Below, piece after piece: positions 58,043-64,000 of a stretch of 64,000 nt of DNA (position 1 is its first letter; every line of letters starts with the position of its first letter). Below the pieces are notes generated by a model that was not told the origin of the DNA, did not search any database, and saw only the letters and a list, made by a program, of their open reading frames with translations. The translations under genes were made by a program, and so were the position numbers. This stretch comes from an uncultured virus (IMG/VR IMGVR_UViG_3300047552_000880) (taxonomy: Duplodnaviria; Heunggongvirae; Uroviricota; Caudoviricetes): positions 1 through 64,000 of IMG/VR virus record IMGVR_UViG_3300047552_000880; one strand, given 5' to 3'.

Positions 58043-59188
58043 ATGGCAAGCGGGTTTCAGATTAACGGAGTTGATACCGATACAATTTTTCTTAATCGTT
58101 CGGATACGATTTTGGATAGTGTTTCTGTGCCCGGTAAGTTGTGGAGTTGGGGGAAAAATTCATACTACGGTCAATTGGGACTCAATGACACTATCAACAG
58201 AAGCTCACCTGTTCAAGTTGGAGTATTGACTAATTGGAAACAAATCGGTGGCGGTAACGATTCCCTAATTGCAATTAAAACAGACGGTACACTTTGGAAT
58301 TGGGGTTATAATTCACATGGTCAATTAGGACTAGGGGATATTTCTCATAGAAGCTCTCCTGTTCAAGTCGGTACGTTGACTAATTGGAAACTAATTTCAC
58401 AACATGCATCTCAATATAGCAGAATATCAATCAAAACAGATGGAACTCTTTGGAGTTGGGGATATAATAATAACGGCGAGCTAGGGTTAAATGATGTAAA
58501 CCACAGAAGTTCTCCTGTTCAAGTTGGTTCATTGACTAACTGGAAATATATCAGTTCGGTTAATCACGCAATTGCGATTAAAACAGATGGAACTCTTTGG
58601 AGTTGGGGATATAATCCATATGGTCAATTAGGACTAGGGGATATTTCTCATAGAAGCTCTCCTGTTCAAGTCGGTACGTTGACTAATTGGAAATCGGTTT
58701 CTTGCGGTGCTAATCACAACGCAGTGATTAAAACAGATGGAACTCTTTGGAGTTGGGGGCAAAATACATACGGAAGTTTGGGTCTAAACGATACCTCGCC
58801 AAGAAGCTCTCCTGTTCAGGTTGGTTCATTGACTAATTGGAAATCAGTTTCTTGTGGAAACTACCATGTTCTTGCGATTAAAACAGATGGTACATTGTGG
58901 AGTTGGGGTATTAATGGCAACGGGCAATTGGGGCTAAATGACTTAACCTATAGAAGCTCTCCTGTTCAAGTCGGTACGTTGACTAATTGGAAATCGGTTT
59001 CTTGCGGTGATGCACATACTACCGCAATTAAAACAGATGGAACTCTTTGGAGTTGGGGAACGCACAACAATGGTCAATTAGGTCTTAATGGAACGACACA
59101 AGTAAGCTCTCCTGTTCAAGTTGGTTCATTGACTAATTGGAAATCTGTTGCAGGTAGTTTCAGAGCATCTTTAGCAATCTCATCATAA
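58043..59188 (+). CDS. RCC1-like beta-propeller protein 3
   Basis: Same repeat, seven units. Confidence 0.92.
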   Translation: MASGFQINGVDTDTIFLNRSDTILDSVSVPGKLWSWGKNSYYGQLGLNDTINRSSPVQVGVLTNWKQIGGGNDSLIAIKTDGTLWNWGYNSHGQLGLGDISHRSSPVQVGTLTNWKLISQHASQYSRISIKTDGTLWSWGYNNNGELGLNDVNHRSSPVQVGSLTNWKYISSVNHAIAIKTDGTLWSWGYNPYGQLGLGDISHRSSPVQVGTLTNWKSVSCGANHNAVIKTDGTLWSWGQNTYGSLGLNDTSPRSSPVQVGSLTNWKSVSCGNYHVLAIKTDGTLWSWGINGNGQLGLNDLTYRSSPVQVGTLTNWKSVSCGDAHTTAIKTDGTLWSWGTHNNGQLGLNGTTQVSSPVQVGSLTNWKSVAGSFRASLAISS

Positions 59189-59191
59189 ATA
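59186..59191 (+). promoter_or_regulatory. Late-promoter motif before the sulfotransferases
   Basis: TAAATA about 30 nt upstream of GTG 59219; followed by CCA as at 56131. Confidence 0.6.
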
Positions 59192-59218
59192 CCAATCCAG
59201 CAATCTTTATTATTCAAA

Positions 59219-60010
59219 GTGAAACAATTTTTCTTTCTATCTGGTCTACCAAGATCGGGTTCAACTGTTCTTGCTAGTATCCTTAATCAGCATCCCGAGA
59301 TTCACGTAACGCCAACTTCTCCGTTACTTGATTTACTTTACCTCAATGAACAGAACTACCGATCAAATCCATCGGTAATCGCGAATCCAACTCATACCTC
59401 ATATGAGTCTATTTCAAAATCAATCATTGAAGGTACATGGAAGCACGTTAATAAACCAATCATCGTTGATAAACACAGAGCATGGGCAAGAAATATTCCT
59501 ACCATTCGACGTGTGTTTGAAACCGATCCAAAGGTTATTCTGACAGTTCGCTCGATTCCCGAGATTGTTGCCAGTTTCTTTACTCTCCTAAGAAAAACAA
59601 AACAATCGCCACATTACATTGATCAAATTCTATTACAAAGAAATGCACCGATCAATGATATGAACCGCGCATATATTCTGTGGCATGATTTTATTGCAAA
59701 TACCGTTGAATCGGCGTTGATCGGGTTCAAAACAAATCGAGCAAATATTCATCTGGTTGATTACAATGACTTGATACAATGTCCTGAAGAAGAACTGAAA
59801 AAGATATATCAGTTCCTTGCGCTTCCATCATATCAACATGATCTAAACAATATCGTTAATGATACCAATGACGATGATCTCGCGGCATGGGGAATCGAGA
59901 ATCTTCATCAAATACGCCCGGTATTGAAAAGAACATCATCAGATGCAAAAGAAATACTCGGTGATGTTTATCATGTCGTCAATTCATTGAATGCCGAGTT
60001 CTGGAGATAA
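59219..60010 (+). CDS. Sulfotransferase family protein 1
   Basis: GLPRSGSTVL..ILNQHP (5'-phosphosulfate loop), DK.R.W, R.......S, YNDL...PEE. Confidence 0.88.
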   Translation: MKQFFFLSGLPRSGSTVLASILNQHPEIHVTPTSPLLDLLYLNEQNYRSNPSVIANPTHTSYESISKSIIEGTWKHVNKPIIVDKHRAWARNIPTIRRVFETDPKVILTVRSIPEIVASFFTLLRKTKQSPHYIDQILLQRNAPINDMNRAYILWHDFIANTVESALIGFKTNRANIHLVDYNDLIQCPEEELKKIYQFLALPSYQHDLNNIVNDTNDDDLAAWGIENLHQIRPVLKRTSSDAKEILGDVYHVVNSLNAEFWR

Positions 60011-60012
60011 TT

Positions 60013-60795
60013 ATGTTTTATATGATCGGTCTACCAAGATCGGGTTCAACTGTTCTTGCTAGTATCCTTAATCAACATCCCGAGATTCATGTAACTCCAA
60101 CTTCTCCTTTGCTGGATCAATTGGTTGCGAATCAGGATATCTATCATTCATTACAGGCAGTTCGCGCAAATCCTGTTCCGGGTCAACTGGAAAATATCAC
60201 CCATTCCATTATCAATGGTATGTACAGTCATATCAAGAAGCCTATTATCATTGACAAGAATCGGGGATGGGGAAAGAATGTCAGGGATGCAACCACACTT
60301 CTTGGAAAAGAAATGAAAATGATTGCGACCACTCGTTCACTTCCTGCGGTCATGGAATCTTGGCTCCGCATTATTAAAAAGAACCCCAATAGTTTCGTTC
60401 ACCGTGAACTAAAAGGTCTTGTTACCGATGCTCGAATCCTTTCCTATATGTGGGAACATCAGGTCAAAGATTGTGTTGAAAGTCTTCATACCGCTATTCA
60501 ATACAATAAGAAAAATGTATTGATCGTTGATTATGATGCTCTGGTAGATAACCCGGTCGAACAATTAAATCGAGTCGTTGAGTTTACGGGCGCATCTGAT
60601 TTCACATTTGATCTGAATAACATTAAGAGCGAAACGAAGGATGATGACCTTGCTGCATGGGGTATTGATGGCATGCATACTGTTCAGCCATCTCTGAAGC
60701 GTTTAAACGCGATTACAGGCGTTTTAACACAGGAGCAGTATGTTCGGTTCAAATCGCTTGAAAAATCGTTTGTAGGCGTTTTTAATGCGTTCTAG
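60013..60795 (+). CDS. Sulfotransferase family protein 2
   Basis: Paralogue with the same motifs. Confidence 0.88.
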   Translation: MFYMIGLPRSGSTVLASILNQHPEIHVTPTSPLLDQLVANQDIYHSLQAVRANPVPGQLENITHSIINGMYSHIKKPIIIDKNRGWGKNVRDATTLLGKEMKMIATTRSLPAVMESWLRIIKKNPNSFVHRELKGLVTDARILSYMWEHQVKDCVESLHTAIQYNKKNVLIVDYDALVDNPVEQLNRVVEFTGASDFTFDLNNIKSETKDDDLAAWGIDGMHTVQPSLKRLNAITGVLTQEQYVRFKSLEKSFVGVFNAF

Positions 60796-60976
60796 CCACA
60801 TTCTAACATTGCTCAAGACAATTACTTGGCGAATAACAGGAAGTGGAGCGACTTTTGCAATATCTTACATCTATACAGGAAGTACTTCATTTGCCTCTGG
60901 TATTGCACTGACTCAGATGGTTGTCAATAGCATCCTTTACTATGTACATGAAAGAATTTGGAATTATGTTGAATAG
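60785..60976 (+). CDS. DUF2061-like small membrane protein
   Basis: KTITWRI.G...YY.HERIW. Confidence 0.85.
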   Translation: MRSSHILTLLKTITWRITGSGATFAISYIYTGSTSFASGIALTQMVVNSILYYVHERIWNYVE

Positions 60977-61577
60977 AATTTATATTGTTGATGATTTTTA
61001 TCCTAATCCTGATGGCGTGATGGAGAATGTCTTTAATGACGAACGAGAAGATAACTCGGGCGGCAATTACGCGGGTGTCATGAATTCAACCAATTTCTTT
61101 ACTCCTGAACATCAAAGAGTGTTTCAGCAATTGGTCGGGCATCCTGTTTCGGCAGGAACATCTTTAACCGGAAAGTTTCGTTTCTCGTGTGTCAATGATA
61201 CTTATAAGCAGAATATTCATTTTGATGCCGGTGGTGAGAATCTTGCATGGGCAGGTGTTGTCTATATGCAGAAACATTATGAAGAAGGAATCGAAGGAAC
61301 TTCATTTTATAAACACAAGGAAACTGGATTAGAAGAAATACCTAGGTCGATTGAAGGTTGTTCTAAATATGGATGGAATTCAATTGCTGATCTTAAGAAG
61401 TTTCTGGATACCGATGGTGTCGATGATTCGAAATGGATCAAGACACTAACAGTTCCTTATAAGTACAATCGATTGGTATTATTTCGCCCTTGGTTGTTTC
61501 ATGCTCCGGGAAAGGCTTTCGGCAGTTCAATTGAAACATCACGAATCGTTCAAACAATTTTTCTTAATCAGGAATAA
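60966..61577 (+). CDS. 2OG-Fe(II) oxygenase-like protein (DUF6445-like)
   Basis: IVDDFY.NPD, IHFD, WAGVVY, GTSFYKH, YNRLVLF....FH, R.VQ.IF. Confidence 0.8.
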   Translation: MLNRIYIVDDFYPNPDGVMENVFNDEREDNSGGNYAGVMNSTNFFTPEHQRVFQQLVGHPVSAGTSLTGKFRFSCVNDTYKQNIHFDAGGENLAWAGVVYMQKHYEEGIEGTSFYKHKETGLEEIPRSIEGCSKYGWNSIADLKKFLDTDGVDDSKWIKTLTVPYKYNRLVLFRPWLFHAPGKAFGSSIETSRIVQTIFLNQE

Positions 61578-61579
61578 AC

Positions 61580-61876
61580 ATGCCATTTCCAACATCAAGC
61601 GCTTCGTTCAATGCAACGCCCGGTGCATATGATTACTCTGAAATTCTAGGTGCATTCTATACTATGTTCGAGACACGGTTGACTGCAATTGAAACTAACC
61701 AACTTGCATTAAATACTGATATTGCATCTATTAAAAATAATATCCAGACTCTTATGGATCGTGCGACCGATGCAAATAAAGGTATTGTCACTAAGGGTGC
61801 AGCGGAGTTTTCGCCCGAAGGTTATCAGACATATTTGCAACTCAAGGAATATTACACCGCACGCGGAATTGGATAA
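61580..61876 (+). CDS. Hypothetical coiled-coil protein
   Basis: 98-aa ORF with AGGA RBS. Confidence 0.7.
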   Translation: MPFPTSSASFNATPGAYDYSEILGAFYTMFETRLTAIETNQLALNTDIASIKNNIQTLMDRATDANKGIVTKGAAEFSPEGYQTYLQLKEYYTARGIG

Positions 61877-61880
61877 TTAA

Positions 61881-64000
61881 ATGCAGAATTTGTTCCATGA
61901 CACAATGGCAGCAGCCGCAATGAATGTATTGCGCGAGAATCCTAATATCTCCAAGGTTGATAAAGGTCTGCTGCACGAAATCACGGTTCAAATAGCAAAG
62001 GCAACTGCAAAGGGAAACGAACCAGTTGCTGCCATGATCGATAATCTGGTCAACGAACTCAAAAAGAGCGAACAGATAAAAGATGATGCGTTTGAGAGAC
62101 TTCTGAAATCAGAGAGAGAAAATACCAGACGTATTATTGATGCCCTCAATAAATGGAACGCAAAACAAGGTTATGGAACCGACAAGGAATCTATCAAAGA
62201 TTCTATGCGCGAAGTCATTGAGAAGATCGAGAACTCCGAAGACAAGAAAGAACTTGCTAAGGAGTTCAAGGAATTCCATCGAGAGTTTATTGCAATCGTT
62301 GATACATTAGAGGCAGAGGCTCTAAAGAGTTCACATCATCTTAGTACAATAGAGCAACATACCAAAGAATTAAAATCAATTGACAAGGTTCTTCATACAA
62401 TTGATGAAGGCGAACATCAGCTTGTTAATCAAGAGCATTCCGATTCAACTGTCAAAGAATCCTATACTTCCGAGACAGAAAAAACTTCTGATTCTGAGAC
62501 AGAAAAAATTTCTGTTGAAAGTTCGACCGATACGCAAAAAACTAATAAAGTCGAAGCAAAGCAGTCTTCTGATACCAATGTACTAAAAGAAACTGTTGAT
62601 CAGAGTTCAAAGACAGACGCGAAATCTGAAAATAAAACAAATACCACTGGACAGAATACACCTGAGACAAAGAAAGCAGTAACTGCCAAAGAAGCATTTG
62701 CCTCTGGTGTTAAACGTCATGCAGAAGATTATAACCCATATTATAGTCAGGGTATGACACATGACGTAAAAAGAATGGTAGGCGCGGGCGTTGCTAACGT
62801 TCTTATTACCAAATTAGCGCAGACAGGTAAGTTTGATAAGAACGGAAATGAAATTAAGCCGAAGGAACCTGAAGTCGATTCCGATGGTAATCCGATTATA
62901 AAGAAACCTTCATTCAAGGAAATGTTTGTTCAACAGGCGCAGATGCATGCTGAGAACTATAATCCTTATTTTAGTCGAGGTATCGTCGGTGATGTGATGC
63001 ACATCGGTGGTATGGCTCTGCGTGGCGCTGTCATTCATAAAATATCTGAACTGTTCCATAAAAAGACTGTCGAGAAGAATACAGAACAGAAAGACTCGCC
63101 TGAATCTTCGATTGAGCCGAAACAGCAATCTGATGTATCCGAGTTAAAAACAGCAACAGAAACCGTTTCAAAGAACACGGCAAATAATGTTGTGAATTCT
63201 TCTATTGAGAAGAAAGAATCTTCTACTGATCAAATGGTCAATATTTTGACCAAAAAATCTGATGAAATAACAACTGCACCAAGTGTTGTTATGGGCAAAC
63301 CTTTAACCAAGGCAGCTATCAGAAAACAGGAAAAAGAAAAGAATCGGGTCAACTTCACTAAAGTCAAAAAGGCAAGAGAAGCCGCGATTGCTGATCCTAC
63401 ACCTGTTATCAATACGCCAGTTGAATCAAAGAAGATCGAACAGAAGATAACAGATTCTACAACAGAAAAGCTGTCTGATGTAGCAACTAAATCAAATAAC
63501 GTTGAATCAAAGAATACAACAAGTTTACTGGAAAAGGTAAGCGTAAAGGCATCTGAATCAAATAATGTTTCTAACGTTGAATCAAAGAATACTAATTCAT
63601 CACAAGTAAAAACATTATATGATGTAAATAAAACTTCTACTGATTCTCTGTCTGATGTAGCAACTAAATCAAATAACGTTGAATCAAAGAATACAAATAA
63701 AACTTCTACTGATTCTCTGTCTGATGTAGCAACTAAATCAAATAACGTTGAATCAAAGAATACAACAAGTTTACTTTCAAAACTCAGCCAAAATACATCT
63801 AATGTAGCCAGTAATGTTTTTGGTGCGCTGAAAGAAAAATACGATCAACTAACTTCTCGTAAAGAAAATAAAACTTCTACCAACGAATCTCTAAGAGATA
63901 CTGTTATCAATTTGCGCGGAAAGACTATTGTCAATTTCATGGGTAAATTGAAACAAGATCGCAAACAGTTGGAAGCAGTAGGAGAAGTAACAAAGAAAGA
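61881..64000 (+). CDS. Long low-complexity protein, truncated at window edge; tape-measure/gp29-like candidate
   Basis: Not in the ORF track. Frame from ATG 61881 (MQNLFHDTMAAAAMNVLREN...) reads open to the window end; charged and Ser/Thr/Lys-rich. The function is inferred. Confidence 0.7.
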   Translation, partial: MQNLFHDTMAAAAMNVLRENPNISKVDKGLLHEITVQIAKATAKGNEPVAAMIDNLVNELKKSEQIKDDAFERLLKSERENTRRIIDALNKWNAKQGYGTDKESIKDSMREVIEKIENSEDKKELAKEFKEFHREFIAIVDTLEAEALKSSHHLSTIEQHTKELKSIDKVLHTIDEGEHQLVNQEHSDSTVKESYTSETEKTSDSETEKISVESSTDTQKTNKVEAKQSSDTNVLKETVDQSSKTDAKSENKTNTTGQNTPETKKAVTAKEAFASGVKRHAEDYNPYYSQGMTHDVKRMVGAGVANVLITKLAQTGKFDKNGNEIKPKEPEVDSDGNPIIKKPSFKEMFVQQAQMHAENYNPYFSRGIVGDVMHIGGMALRGAVIHKISELFHKKTVEKNTEQKDSPESSIEPKQQSDVSELKTATETVSKNTANNVVNSSIEKKESSTDQMVNILTKKSDEITTAPSVVMGKPLTKAAIRKQEKEKNRVNFTKVKKAREAAIADPTPVINTPVESKKIEQKITDSTTEKLSDVATKSNNVESKNTTSLLEKVSVKASESNNVSNVESKNTNSSQVKTLYDVNKTSTDSLSDVATKSNNVESKNTNKTSTDSLSDVATKSNNVESKNTTSLLSKLSQNTSNVASNVFGALKEKYDQLTSRKENKTSTNESLRDTVINLRGKTIVNFMGKLKQDRKQLEAVGEVTKK
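63471..63775 (+). repeat. In-frame coding repeats
   Basis: Exact 69-bp tandem duplication 63627-63695 / 63696-63764 (NKTSTDSLSDVATKSNNVESKNT), plus a further partial copy from 63471. Confidence 0.9.

Noticed and set aside
53136..59188. Diversity-generating retroelement acting on the RCC1 repeats
   Set aside because: No reverse transcriptase and no non-coding template repeat in the window; differences between repeats are not confined to adenines
1..64000. Stop-codon reassignment
   Set aside because: Core genes are full length in the standard code, and TAA, TGA and TAG all terminate genes at expected positions

Overview
This is a 64-kb segment of a large lytic T4-like myovirus genome (AT-rich, standard genetic code); it is not bacterial chromosome. 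Positions 1-24.7 kb are read on the minus strand. They carry accessory and metabolic genes (thioredoxin, dCMP deaminase, GNAT, lytic transglycosylase, APS-kinase-like protein, heptose/nucleotide-sugar enzymes), a single-polypeptide type IIA topoisomerase, gp59/gp33/RNase H/gp46/gp47/gp55, and gp2/gp4/gp51/gp26/gp54-like genes. From a back-to-back pair of late-promoter motifs at about 24.69 kb everything runs on the plus strand: baseplate genes (gp48, gp53, gp27-like, gp5, gp25, gp6, gp7-like, gp8), a giant Ig-repeat structural protein split into two ORFs, tail fibres, three RCC1-like beta-propellers interleaved with modification enzymes (methyltransferase, TPR-glycosyltransferase, two sulfotransferases, 2OG-Fe(II) oxygenase-like), and a truncated tape-measure-like gene. 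Most notable observations: (1) an inferred two-part sulfation/glycosylation pathway, with donor-synthesis genes in the early region and transferases beside the fibre genes; (2) two promoter-driven, highly structured intergenic RNA candidates of about 200 and 450-550 nt; (3) a probable -1 frameshift joining gp26 to gp51; (4) the fully fused topoisomerase; (5) a gene fission falling inside one Ig-like repeat; (6) DNA-level homogenisation of RCC1 blades. All family calls come from motif recognition by eye; no database search or folding program was run.
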